Assembly (NCBI GenBank): GCA_907165135.1
Contig: OU015567.1
Location: 13,392,001-13,456,000 of the forward strand
Direction: 5' to 3'
DNA: 64,000 nt
Origin: Oikopleura dioica
Taxonomy: Eukaryota > Animalia > Chordata
This document shows, one piece after another, positions 1-12,561 of this stretch. How positions within the stretch are numbered: the stretch's first letter is position 1; each line of letters starts with the position of its first letter. Made by a program: the position numbers and the translations under genes. The notes under the pieces were generated by a model, which did not search any database, was not told where the DNA came from, and saw nothing but the letters and a program-made list of their open reading frames with translations.

Positions 1-656
1 TCAAGAAGTTTAAGAATCGGTACGCACTTTGAATCTATCTGAAACTCATAACAAAATTCAGCTTGAAGATGCAAAAGAAGATTGCAAAAGATGAGCCACC
101 TGATTTGACTCCATTCAAAGAGCCTGAATTCGGTAAATTAACTTTTTCGGTGGGATTCTTGGTGCGACGGTGTCGGATTTTTAACGGACCCTAACCGGGT
201 ATTAAATTAGATTTAGCGGAGATTGGAACTGAGCGACTTGAAAACGGCGAAAAGTTTGAGAAAAAGACGGCGAACAAGAGGAGTAGAGGGGACAAAAGCC
301 GTAGAATGCAAGCTCTGGTCAAGATGGAAAAAGAAAATGGCCACGTAAAGCAAGGTACGAACAATGCTTATCTTTTTATTTCCATTGATTTCAGAGAAAA
401 ACGACGAGCGGTATCTTCCGGAAGAAGAGTTCTCAGATGACGAGATTCCAGCGGAGGACGACGACTTCAAGAAAGAACCCTCGCCACCGCCGAAAAAACA
501 CGCTCCGGAGAAACACACCAAGGTATCTTTTACTTTATTCTGCACTTTCGAAACACAAATTTTTAGGTGAAGAAGAAAAGTTCTCGGAAAAAGACGGCTG
601 CTCAAGTCAAAGGAGAAAGATTTGCATCTCACTGTAAAAAACTAAAACAGAAATAA
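1..656 (+). CDS. 3' part of a multi-exon, highly charged (K/E/D-rich) protein of unknown function; 5' end is outside the window
   Basis: Hand splicing through short GT-AG introns gives a continuous frame ...KMQKKIAKDEPPDLTPFKEPEF/DLAEIG...KQ/EKNDERYLPEEEFSDDEIP...HTK/VKKKSSRKK...KLKQK* ending at TAA 654-656. No recognisable domain. Confidence 0.55.
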
Positions 657-992
657 CAGTGCCTTACTGCCCGTTCCACTGCCAACAATTTATCGACCAT
701 TTTTTCCAAAAATCCACTTTAGTACAACAGTGCATTTAATACTGTCTCTAAATTAGCACAAAAACATTCAGGTCAAAATATTGAAAAACAGCCTAGAAAA
801 TACCTCTCCTGACCTGGCTTGCTCCACATAACTCCACATTTCATGAAGCTTTGACTATTTTACTGCTCTTTCTTGACTTCTCTGAACAAGATTATTTATC
901 AAAAATTTTCACCTTGCTATATGCAATCAATTATAGCAAGTCTTCTTTGTTTTATTTTGCAGGGCAAAACTAAAAGATTATTTTGAATAAGA

Positions 993-3591
993 ATGCTCAA
1001 ATGTTCTCATATCTTGGGAAGAGTCCTGCGTAAATCGAGTTGGAAGTATCCGAAAGATAAAATCCGCAATTTTTCTATCATCGCTCATGTTGGTATGAAT
1101 AACGCTAGTACTTTTATATGGGTATTGTTTGTAGACCATGGCAAGAGCACATTAGCAGACAGAATCTTGCAGATATGCGGCCACCAAGTTGATCGAAAGC
1201 AGACCCTGGACACGCTTGATGTTGAGCGCGAGCGAGGCATAACAGTAAAGTCAGTTGTTGCATCGGTCAAACATACGGTGAACGGAGAAGACTATTTGCT
1301 CAATCTAATTGATACTCCTGGCCATGTTGATTTCAGTTGGGAGGTGCAGAGATCATTGACAGCTTGTGAAGGCGTTCTTCTTGTGGTGGATGCGTCTCAG
1401 GGAGTCCAAGGAATGGTTCGTGAGATTATAGAGTTCTTTGCGAGGTTTTATTTTCTAAAAACCAAAATGAGCTCAGACAATGGCAAATTTCTATGTCGCG
1501 TTCGATCTTGGCCTATCCGTTATTCCAGTGTTAAATAAAGTGGATCTCCCGCATGCAGATGTTGACAAAACGATGATGGAGTTGAATCAGATGTTCGACA
1601 TTGAATTTGAAGAATGCCTCTCAATATCTGCAAAAAGTGGCATGGGTGTTACAGAAGTGCTGGACGAGATTGTCAATAGAATACCTCCTCCACTGCCAAT
1701 TGACGTAAGTGGGGGTGCTCTCTGGTGTTTTGATGCATCAATCGGCGGTCACTCAGGATCAGAATTAAAAATTTATACCAAATGCATGTATCAATCGTAT
1801 GTCTGCTTGTTTGTTTAATATTGAAAAGGGAGAATCAACTATGTAAAAATATTGGACGCGTTCCTATCCTCCCTGGCGATCGTTTCTTCCCCTGCAGTGA
1901 TAAATCTGATTTGATGAGTATCAAAGATGTCGGACGCTGCTTTCCGGATTTACAGCCAGATCCTGAGGGATTACTTCCTGGACAAATTGGCTACTTCTCA
2001 ACATTAAAAGCCAAGTCTCGTGTCACCGGAAAAGTTCTTGTGACAGATGAGAGGGCCGGAACAAAATTAACGGAAGACCCGAGCCTACCATTCAACCAAT
2101 TGAAAAACTCGACTCCTTCAGTATTTGCTTCATTCTTCCCTCATACTGACAACAAAGGCAGAATCAAAGAATTCGAAAAGTCAGTCGACTCGTTGATCCT
2201 CAACGACCCTGCGGTGACATCAACAAGGACTGCCTCGCCTGCTTTTGGATCAGGGCTGCGTTTGGGATTCCTCGGACAGCTTCATTTGGAAGTTTTCTCT
2301 CAGCGACTGAGGGATGATTTTGAAACGGATGTTATCGTTACTTCTCCATCAACAGCCTTCAGAGCGCGAGTCGACGAAAGTTTAAAAGATAAAAATTACA
2401 ACGCGATTCGACAAAATAGAACACTCGTAAGTTACTCGCGCTCTCATAAATAAATTATTGGCAATAACTAATTAAATTAAAGGTTGATCCAGAAGATCCC
2501 TATATCTTTGAATTCGAAGTTGCCGAAGAATTTATTCCGAGAAAATTTGTGACTGAATATCAAGAACTCTACTCGTTACTGACAGTTATCAGCCCCGTCG
2601 AATACTCTCCAGCAATTTTGAGTGCGGTTGAAGAAAGAAGAGGGTCTTATGTGAGTTCTGAAGAGATAGGGGACGGAAGGCTGATACAGTTTGTTGCCAA
2701 ATTTCCGGAGTCCAAATTTCCGGACACTTTTCAGATTTTAAGGGGTTTTAGTGGGACACTAACAAATTGACGATGACCCAAATTTCCGGAATTTTTTTTC
2801 AAATTAAGAAAAAAAATTGACGGTAGCTCATATTTTTTCTTCGAAATAAGGTACAAGAGGTTTAATACATCGACTTTCTTGTGTTTATCCTTGAGTTCTC
2901 CTATCAAACCCACTTTGTCGTCGTCTTTTTTGCGCTTAGACGACTTCTACACGGGTAAGTGACCATGTTTCGAAAAATTTTAAGGATGCTTGGTGGGACA
3001 TTATTTTTTCATAGGAAGGCCAAATTTCCGGACATTTTTCGGAAATCTGGGGACAAAATTAGTCCGGAAATTTGGAAACATACTGTATTCAAATACGAAA
3101 TTCCACATTCTGAAACGATCAGAAATTTTCACGGGGTTCTTAAAGGCGCGACTAGCGGATTCGGCTCGTTTGAGCTTGAAGAGCTCGACTGGCGCCCCGC
3201 TGAGCTCGTGGTTCTTTCAATTTCAATCAACTCGAAGGTAGTTCCAGAACTGCAAATGATAACGCACAAGCACTCAGCTGAAGCTCTCGGAAGAAAATTG
3301 ACGAAAGAATTTGTCGAGTTACTACCGATGCAAGATCATAAAGCCTCCGTCTCAGCGCACATAACCGCAGACCCTGATCAGCAGCGTGGTTTTTGGGGAA
3401 GCTCGTTTGGAACCCGACATACGAATTATAGACGCGAAGATACCACAAGATCAAAAGCTAACAAAAAGATTGACCTGCAAAGAAGACAAAAGAAAATTAA
3501 AGCGGAGAAAGATCGTCTTGAAAAGCTGAGGCAAATTGGAAACGTAAAGGTTCCAAAAGACGCTATAACATCTTTGTTCTCGCTGATATGA
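993..3591 (+). CDS. GUF1: Mitochondrial translation factor GUF1 (LepA/EF4 GTPase), multi-exon
   Basis: [66 protein letters not shown] and C-terminal [14 protein letters not shown]. Introns 1093-1134 (GT-AG), 1411-1471 (GA-AG), 1757-1828 (GA-AG, inferred), 2427-2482 (GT-AG). Apparent 1-nt frameshift near 1858 and a MITE insertion at 2687-3085. Confidence 0.93.
2687..3085. mobile_element. 399 bp Tc1/mariner-type MITE inserted in a GUF1 exon
   Basis: TA on both sides (2685-86, 3086-87). Termini CAGT...ACTG. About 23 bp TIR: CAGTTTGTTGCCAAATTTCCGGA versus reverse complement CAGTATGTTTCCAAATTTCCGGA. Internal copies of CCAAATTTCCGGA. Removing the element and one TA restores GRL-I-FKYEIP. Confidence 0.88.
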
Positions 3592-3698
3592 TGCAAATAA
3601 AATACAATGATTCTATGTTTAGGCTTTTAATACCGCATTCAAAACAGTATAATAATCAAATAGATACAGTCATCAGAAAATAAGTTGTAAAGGTTCGT

Positions 3699-6600
3699 TT
3701 AGCCGAAACCGTTGAATGATAGAACGGAGCCGTTGCGCTTGGGCTTCTGCATTGGAAGAGGAGGACGAGTTGTCAAAGGGGGAGGCGCGAGTTGCTTTGG
3801 TTTCGCACTTGCGGGAGGCGGCGGTGGAGGCACCTTTTTGGGCGTGGAAGTTATACTGGGAGAAGCTTGTGGCGAGGCGGAAGGAACGGGCGGAACTGGG
3901 ACAGGAGTAGGAACCAGTCCGCGGCGTAGTGGACTGGAAGCAGAGGATGATGGAGTCCGGCGAATAGTTGCCAGGCCATTCGTGATTTCTAAAAACGGTT
4001 TGTTACATTCATCGGCTTTTCAGAATAGGTGGGAGCATGTAAATTTATGTGAACATGAGTGATACCTCTACGTGGTGGTTGATAATCGTCTGTGAAACCA
4101 CTAGGATTTGCCATGAATGGGGAGAGTGGTGCGGAGCTCATTGAGCTTATGCTGCGAGCCTGCTCACTATTCGCGCTGTTGTCGGTTGTATTCACTTGGA
4201 GCTCATTGAATTGGCTGCTGAGCACTGAAACAACAAGTTAAGTCAAGTTCATTCAGAGTTGTCACTGCGAAAGACTTGGTGGTCTCTGAACAAATCAGAC
4301 AGAAGGATTAATAAAATTTCTCATCTGACGATGGATTATCGAAATTACGAGTACGATATTCGTTAAAGTAAAATATTTATTTGACGTAGACTGCCAGCCA
4401 GACATGCTTAGGCCATCATTTTTACGGTAATTTGTTTTTAAGGTTAGTGTTTTTATTCTCACGTTCTGGTGGTGGCGGCGGCAAGACAAATCCATCTGGG
4501 AGCGTGTTGTTGAACTGATCTTGAACATTTGTTGAGTTTGTCTTGGTGGGTGATCCGGGGCAAGAAGCGTTGCGAGATGTGTTTTTGTTCTCATCGTAGG
4601 GCCCGGGTTTAGGCCAGTTGCGCCATGAATTTGTCCTGTTTGCGGCGAATGTAGCGGTTGGCGAATTCGACGTGTTGGTTGGGCAGCTGGTGTCAATCGG
4701 GAGCATCTCGGGGAGGTCGTTGTCGAGCGCTTGGGAAGTGAAACCAGAATCGTGTGATGTCGAGGAAAGTCGGTACTCAGAAGTTTGGCGTAAAAGTGTC
4801 TGTCGCAAGTCAGAAGGCGGTTCGGTTCTACCCGACGAATTTGAGTCTGATTTCGAACTGCTAATTGAATTCATCGAGCTGAAAAGATCTTTCAATTCTG
4901 ATTCTTTTATAACACTGAGCAATTTATGGCTTTATGATTATGGTGCTTTACAAACCTGACCGAGGACTTCCTAGCGTGGCTTCCGTTTCTTAGACTTCCA
5001 TTTGCCATCGCGATTTGTTCATCCAGCCAGCTATGAATTTGGTAAGACTTGACAGTCGTCACAGTTCCAAGGCTGCCACCAGATCGCTGCATTTTAGCGA
5101 GTTGAGCTCCAAAGGTAACTTGCGAGGCAACATAAGGAGAAAGTGAACGAACGAAGGTAGACATTCGCGCGCGATGTTCCACCAGTGCGTTGGCTACAGT
5201 ATCTTTGTTCACGTGGCGGAGTATTGGCGATTCGGACTGCTGATCCTGAAATTAATTTTTAAGGCGATTGGCTTTTTGAACACTTAATTCTTCGTGGCGT
5301 GAATGTTTTCATAACTAATTGGCTGGCTCAGACGAACTGTATATATCTGATCAATACTTCTATCGTCTACAATTTCATGGCTGAAAGGATTTCATTTATC
5401 CATATTTGCGCTAATAGAATAAGACAGTTTTACATGGAGGCGTGTTTTCTGTCACCAGCCACACACTAAATAATGCAAAAACAAGGGCAGGGAGCACAAA
5501 CTGTATTCAAAAACACACATCACTGCCAACATAAAACTATCATCGATGGAATACTTGGCAGGTGCGAAATAATAATCAGAGTCGATGCCAAATCGACGTG
5601 TACACGATGCTCACCTTTTGTCCTTGGGGTTTGGAGGATGATCCACGTCGAGAGCGACGGGACAAGGTCATTGCTGCCCGATTGAATATGTTTTCTGAAG
5701 ATCCCTTCGACAGCGATTTTGTGGAGCCATTCAGCTTCGAGGAGGAGCTTGAGTCGAGGCTCTTGTTCCACTCTTGTACTCGTTCACGAAGTGGCGAGAG
5801 GACGCTATCAGCAAGCTGTCTGAAATTTATCGATAAATACAGAACAAGTCATAGATGAATATCGATTTAAAACTCGAAAACTCTTGAGAGCTAAGGGGAT
5901 AAGACGCTGAGCCCCATAATCGCCCTCCCCGGAAGGGCTTCAATCTAGCACTTATCGAGGCGAATACGTTTTAGATGAAATACCATCTGTTCTATTATCG
6001 TAAATACGAGACGGGACTTACTTGACTGAGGCTTCTCGGAGCTCATCTGCGCAGCGTTGTTCGTCAACCAGTTGGCACAACAAAGCTCCGACTTCATCCC
6101 TTCCAGCCGAAGAGCGTGATGAGAAGTTTCCGACTTTGTTGAGCACTTCGAGGAACTGAGAGTGGGCTGCAATTGCCGTCCTATAAAATGTTGATTTGAG
6201 CATGTAATTTTGTTAAAGGAAGTAATAACAATGAAGACAACTTTCTTCCGCGTTTGATTCTTGTAGAAAATAATCGCATTTTGAACTTGTTTTGACCAAA
6301 AACGACTACGTATTTGTAGGGGCTCATAAAGATGAGGCAAGTGTGAAAGCGCATATACAGTTACCACGGGTGGTTTGTCAAAATGAAAGAATAAAGAAGT
6401 AGTGCGGCACGAAACGCGTGAACCGGAACGCTTCTTATTCAGAAGAAAAATCAATGGATCAACAATTAGACGCGTTTCATCTTTGGCCAGATTTTAAGAA
6501 ATCTCGTAATTGCTCAAAACAGACTCTGATAGATATAAAACGGGACACAATAACAGCAATCGGCCTGTGGAAAATTAACGCCTGATTGATTAACAAAAGG

Positions 6601-9600
6601 AGCGGGATAAAAATATGGGGATGATTAAAAGGGCAGGTTAAATTCTACTAAGCGGCTTTACCTGACGGCTGAGACGTAGCGCAGTCCAGATGAGATGAGC
6701 TCTTCCCAGATGACGTTCCCGGACTGAAATTGTGTTTTAGATAAAGAAGTGTATTGCGTCTTAGAATTGACAATCGTAAAATTCAATAAATTAAAGGCTT
6801 TATAAACGAGAAATAGGATTTTGAAAAACTCTCCGCGTCATGTTCAATTTGAAAAAAAAATAATCGATCATGCCATCTGGCCGGAGAGTACTTCCTCGGA
6901 CATTCGCTTCATCTAATCTTCAGGCTGTCCAAAAGAAGAGTAATGAAGGCTTTTGAAGCAGACTGTTGCGGAAGCACTTAATACTGACCCGCTCGGTGCG
7001 GCGCAATTTTCAACAAATATGCTCACAAAGTAGCTTCAGAGGGCACTTTCTGGCCGCTTGCCAAATTGCAATTGACTGACTTAGGCGCCCCTTCTATTTT
7101 GATTCCAAAGGCCGATTTCAATCAGCAGCGACCAGTGTTATTAGAATATTAATGAACTGGCTTACCATAAAAAGAGAGGAAAGAGAAACATTTCTTTTGG
7201 CCATTCTTTTGCTCAATTAGCTTTTTTCAATTTGAAGTGTGTTGTGTATCGATTATACGGATGCACGAGGGTTGATTACGCTCGACATTGACCTACAGTC
7301 TCTCTTCAATCTACTAATTAGCCCATCGACTGTGTTTTGGGCAGCTGAATTCTGTTCTGGACACAGTGCATTGATTTAAAAGAATTAACCCATAAATCAC
7401 TCGCCCGGGGGCAGACCAGTTATCAGGGCCAAGAAGTTTCGGATTAACAGACAGCAGGGGATAATCCGCTTATTCAAAAAGATCAAATCAATTTTGAACT
7501 GACCACAGCTGCTCCAATTCAACATCGTCGACCGACACGCGAGACGGGATTAATCGCCTTCCGCTTCCAGGATACACACAGAAGGCACAATGACTCTGGT
7601 CACAGACCGGACACCACGATTAACACGTCACTAAGAATTGGTCAAACTCAGCAGACTCTTTTAGATGACGACAGAGGTAGTAATGGTCCTTGAAAGCTAC
7701 TTATACGGCATTTATAAAGAAAAAAGTGGCTTCGTAAAATTTAATGCTGACTTTCATGAAATATTTATTGGATCTTTATGGTTGTGGTCTTTTTATGATT
7801 GTTTTGAACATTCGTTGTATCTAAAGTGCCTGGCTAAAGCCGTGATAATAAGATATTTAAATGTTCAGCGAGGCAAAACGGGAGCGGATCCGATTTTGAC
7901 GTGACGCCACAATGCGCCGACGACAGCAATGATATCCCCCAAACAAGTACCATTTTGTAGGGCTGATCCTTTCGAGTCCTCTCGAGGAAGCGCGCGCCCG
8001 AGCGTATAAATTTCGTCGGATGCGTTTGTAGCTAAACATCGCTGCTGGCGGAAATTTGGTTTCGCACCAAACATCCACAGCTCGAGCAAATTTGCCAAAT
8101 CATAAACGAAAATTCATGAGGCGCAGCTGTTTCCTGTTTGCGTAAGCAAGTCTGTGCACCTTAAATATAATGGCAGTTCCTTAAATTCGACCTTTTTGAA
8201 CGTTTATTGCTTCCTAAGGCACATAAAACCATCTTAACAATTCAAAAACTCTTGGCCAGCTTTCTGAATGCTATTTGCATACTTCAAATCATTAAACAGG
8301 AATTGAATAAGTATCCTGTTACGACCGTGAGAACTTAAGGGTAATCCTATACATCGGCGCGGCGCTGCTCGCTCGATCCGCGCTCCGCCAGAACCTATTT
8401 TTCACTCGGCCCTAAAATCCGAACGGAGTGAGATTTTTTCAAAATTTAAAAAGATTCGTAATCTATATACCCTCTTCTATTGCTCTAGCAAAAATGAAAA
8501 AAATCGGCAACGAGGAACTATCTGAAAACCGCCGGTTCCTTCAAAAGACATTTCCCGCCACATTTCTCATTCAAATTTCACGAAAATTAGATGGTCTTGT
8601 AGAGAATCGTCTGTTCTACAATTCCTCTGATTTAGATTTTCTTTTTGTGCTCTCAATAATTCTCTACGATAGTTTGAAGAGAGTGCCATTCTTTTCTGCG
8701 CGAGCGCGCCGTGAGAAATAGGAAGCAAAGAGGCGCGACAAAGAATAGCGCTCTTTTCAAATGACCATATAAAATTATTGAGAGCACAGAATCAAAATCT
8801 AAGAAACAGGAATTGTAGAGCAGACGATTCTCTACAAGACCATCTGATTTACGTGAAATTTGAATGAGAAATGTGGCGGGAAATGTCTTTTGAAGGAAAC
8901 CGGCGGTTTTCAGATGGTTCCTCGTTGCCGATTTTTTCATTTTTGCTAGAGCAATAGAAAAGGGTTTATGGATTACGAATCTTTTGAATTTTGAAAATCT
9001 CACTCCGTTCGGATTTTAGGCCGAGTGAAAATAGGTTCTGGCGGAGCGCGGATCGAGCGAGCAGCGCCGCGCCGATGTATAGGATTACCCTTAAATATTC
9101 ATCGAGAGGTAGTTGTAGAAATTCCCGAAAAATATGCATGCACAAGAGTCTGCTGGTCGGTTGCTGCATCCACGCAGAAGACACGGTGTATGGATTGGAA
9201 CATGCTGCCTCAACAAAACATCCACCCAAGTTTGAGGTGTCACGAGTTTGTTTCTTTGCGCCTAAATCGCCCTGCAGCTCCTTATCATTGGGTTCCTCCC
9301 GAAACTGCATCTGCTTTATTTTTAAGCCGCGTCTAGACTTATCGATTTCTCATCAAAAGGTTGAGTTTTGCATTATTCCTTATCGAATATAAGGCGGTTT
9401 CGCTTTCTTTGTGTCGACATAAGGGTCTCAAGTGGACAATACCCATACGCGCCCTTTGAACACCACTTCCCGTATTGTCTAATGCCTTTCATCCCTCGAT
9501 AAACTTCTCAATCTGCCTCGCAAATTTGAATCAAAGTCCTAAAAATGTCGCACAGGAAGTCCAAACAAACCCTCCCGCCCGCCCTTTACAATTCACTGAC

Positions 9601-11510
9601 CTATTGCAAATTAAAATTCCGCCGGCAATTATATAAATAGTTCACTCTCTTTTATGAAAACAAATGCTTTCAGAGCGGAAAAGCCATGTAATCTCTCAGG
9701 CAATTTAGAAGCTAATTACCATCTGACTCAGAAAGTCATCCGGCAAAGTCAATAACTAGTCAGCGGAAAGGACCTTCCTTAGCGTTCACATTTTTTGAGA
9801 ATCAAAAGAGGTTGACACAAAACAACTTCCTAAATTCCGTCCGTGGAACTAATAAGTTTACCAAATAAATGGTTTGAGGTCCAGTGCTTGCGAGTCCAAC
9901 TTGAGCGACACAAAGCGATTCCATGGTATGTTGTCCACGCGCGAAATGGGCCCCGCTAAATTCCATCCCGACAAGTATTGTCTTGAATACTCAAGTGGAC
10001 ATGTCACGTGTTCGCTTCTTTGTCGAATTTTTCAAAAATTAAAACCGAGCTAGTCCGGAATCTCGGTGTTACTCTGTTGATAAACATCCCCTTTCGCTAA
10101 GGGTCTAACAATTTTTAAAATCTGAAAAATCTAAGTCAATTTGCCGGGGATCAAAGATGCTCCTCAAAATTGAATTTCACCCACCGCTTTGGAAATTTTT
10201 CCTGGTAGGAGCCAGGTGACCTTTTTTGAGGCGGCCTGCGGGACAAGGTCGGGTGAAATCGAAAATGCCTCCCGCTGAGCATTCATCACATACTTAGCTG
10301 GAAACTTTCAAAATGAGCTGTCAATTGTTGCCCCTTACCAAAAAAGACTCACTATTGGAAATGACGATAAGGCCTAATTTGCCGCGAAATCGGCGAATTT
10401 TCCATAATGTTGCGCAATTATTGCTATGGGCCCTAATCCCCGTGCGAGAGCACCTGCAAGCTCTTTTTTCAACCCTTTGTCGAAGAAATTGGCCACTTTG
10501 AAAACTCGATCAAAAAGTGCAAAGTCTTTCTGAGGAGAGATTGAAAATCGCTTTTCAATTATTGACTTGATTTAGATAAAAATCGTGGAATCATAAACTT
10601 GTTGATTCTTTTCGGCAAATTTGACTTGCTCAAGTTTTATGTTGATTTTACACTTTTTAAAAGTTCGCGAAAAAGAGGCGATTTAGACAATGAAGCCGGG
10701 ATTGTTGCTCTCATGGGCGACAAGTGGGGTTTAAAAATAAATCACAAGTAAAATTTTGAAGCGTGGGAAGCGAAGAGAAGGGGACTTATTTTTAGTTTGA
10801 CGATTTTAATCAGCTCAAACAAACCGCAGACTTTGCTCAAGTCGGCTGAGTAGGAAGCGATGAGCTCGAGCTTTTGAGGACGATTTCCGATATGGGAAAA
10901 TAAAAAATGGGACGAGGCCAAATAAGGGCGCTTTTCAGAGGCGGCGACTTTTTAAAAAGTTTGAGTGAACAAAGAGCGGATTTACAGAAAAGTAGTTTTT
11001 GTGTTTATTAGTTACGGGATTTAGGAGTTGATAAGTCCTCCTGACTCTTGCGCGGAAATTATAAAGAGCGCGAAACCTTGTTTACAAAAGCTCAAGGCCA
11101 AAACCCTTAAAAATCGATAACCACTTTAAGTCTTTTGCAAGTGCTTCTCGCATCAATTTCTCATTTTCCGCGGCCGGAGCGGAAAAACCGATCACCGTTT
11201 GAGATCCCTTTCACCCCTGAAAATTCTAGCTGCGAAATTTCACGGGAATCGTCGATCAATAACGATAGAAATTTTTGGAACGGTTTCAAAAGATACTAAT
11301 TTGAAAGTTTAGTACATTATCAATAATCACATTGATTGGCTGTAAAAACATCGGGTAAATTATTATCCGCGGCTGTCAACTTTATTGGATTCGGGTCGGA
11401 AATTGAATGGAATTTTACGATGCGATAAATTGCGATCCTTTTTGCTCATTTACCTTCATCTCATGTCGCACAGAAGTGAATATATCGTTGAGGACTCTTT
11501 CTTCCATCAT
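3699..11510 (-). CDS. MTSS1: MTSS1/MIM-like I-BAR (IMD) domain protein with Pro-rich C-terminus; first intron about 4.7 kb
   Basis: Exon 1 11454-11510 MMEERVLNDIFTSVRHEMK, exon 2 6662-6723 SGNVIWEELISSGLRYVSAVR, then TAIAAHSQFLEVLNKVGNFSSRSSAGRDEVGALL... and QLADSVLSPLRERVQEWNK, matching the IMD helices. The MIM motif SSTSHDSGFTSQ lies in ORF 4422-4922. Pro-rich tail ends at TAA 3699-3701. No clear WH2 motif seen. Confidence 0.82.
8339..9090. mobile_element. 752 bp foldback (long inverted repeat) non-autonomous DNA transposon with TTAA flanks; Kolobok-like termini
   Basis: TTAA 8335-38 | GGGTAATCCTATACATCGG ... CCGATGTATAGGATTACCC | TTAA 9091-94. Arms of about 340 bp are near-perfect reverse complements around a short spacer. 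Lies in MTSS1 intron 1. Confidence 0.9.
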
Positions 11511-12561
11511 TTTCGTAAATTTATTTTCATCAACTCTCTTTTTTAGTTTTATCTTGTCGTTTATCCTCTTCTGGAAAGTCTTCTGTTTAATTAACTCTCT
11601 CGTTTGGCGGCGTATCTGACTCCGTTTTCAGTTAATTGTCTTGGGTGAAGGCCAAAATTTTTGGGCGAATTTGAGAAAATTTTCAATTCGGTTCCTCAGC
11701 GTTCGAACGTGTTACTGCTTCGAGTAGCGGGATAATAGGGAGGGCGGCGCGCGTCGTGGGCGCCACGCGCATCGTGCGTCCGAGCTCAGCGCGCAGCCGA
11801 TCCGCCCGCCAGGTGTCGCCACCTTTTACCGCAACAAAACAACCCGCGGTATCCTGCCAAGATCACTGATAACCCAAATTTGGGTGAAATTGATGCTGCG
11901 TTTTGAAATATGCAAATAGATAATGCGGGACATGCATCCTACTAACCTACCTTTTTAAATTCCCTGCTGGGTTCTGAACCAACAATACAGTAAAAGTAGA
12001 AATCACCCGTTGGGTAAATACTCTTATCTTATCGCTTATCTGGTTGTTCACAGATTCTCATGAAAACACACAAAGGTTCTTATTCATAAAAATTCCAAGA
12101 CAGAGAGTAACTTTTCTATTGTCCAAATAAAAGGTCGGAAATCTCATCTTTCCGTTAGCTTTGACTTACTGTTTGTTAACAGAGCAATTCTAGACGTCAA
12201 ACAGTAGTTGTTCACCCGTAAATCCATTCATGAATTCCAGTTTCAAAGGGGTCTATTTTATCCCAAGATCTATGCGATATTGATTTTGAGAAGAAGAGGC
12301 ACCTCGTAAAATGAAAATTAGGAAATGTCAAGATAGTTGCGAGCGATATTCAAGAATCGCGTGTAGAATTATGATCCTCGTTGTAAATTATGGCTATTGT
12401 TCTGTCAAGACTGGTGAGAAGCAATATTAAGTCGTTCTTTTTTGAAAGTTCTGAATTTCTGAAATGATGAAGTTAATATATTCACTGAGAAGATACCTTC
12501 TGTCAAATCTGCAACCAATTTTTATGACGAAAGAAACAGAATTCTGAAAGCTGAAGCTGAA

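Noticed and set aside
7860-8140. Minus-strand segment KDQPYKMVLVWGIS resembling the Tc1 transposase K-x-P-x-x-x-M-V-W-G motif
   Set aside because: Only one weak motif, stop codons nearby, and no TIRs or DDE residues found.
8428-9003. Mirror ORFs 8428-8721 (+) and 8653-9003 (-) with near-identical translations
   Set aside because: By-products of the foldback element arms, not genes.
11730-11830. GC-rich patch between the divergent MTSS1 and PGRP genes, considered as a possible ncRNA
   Set aside because: No tRNA, snRNA or rRNA hallmark or stable pairing recognised; more likely promoter sequence.
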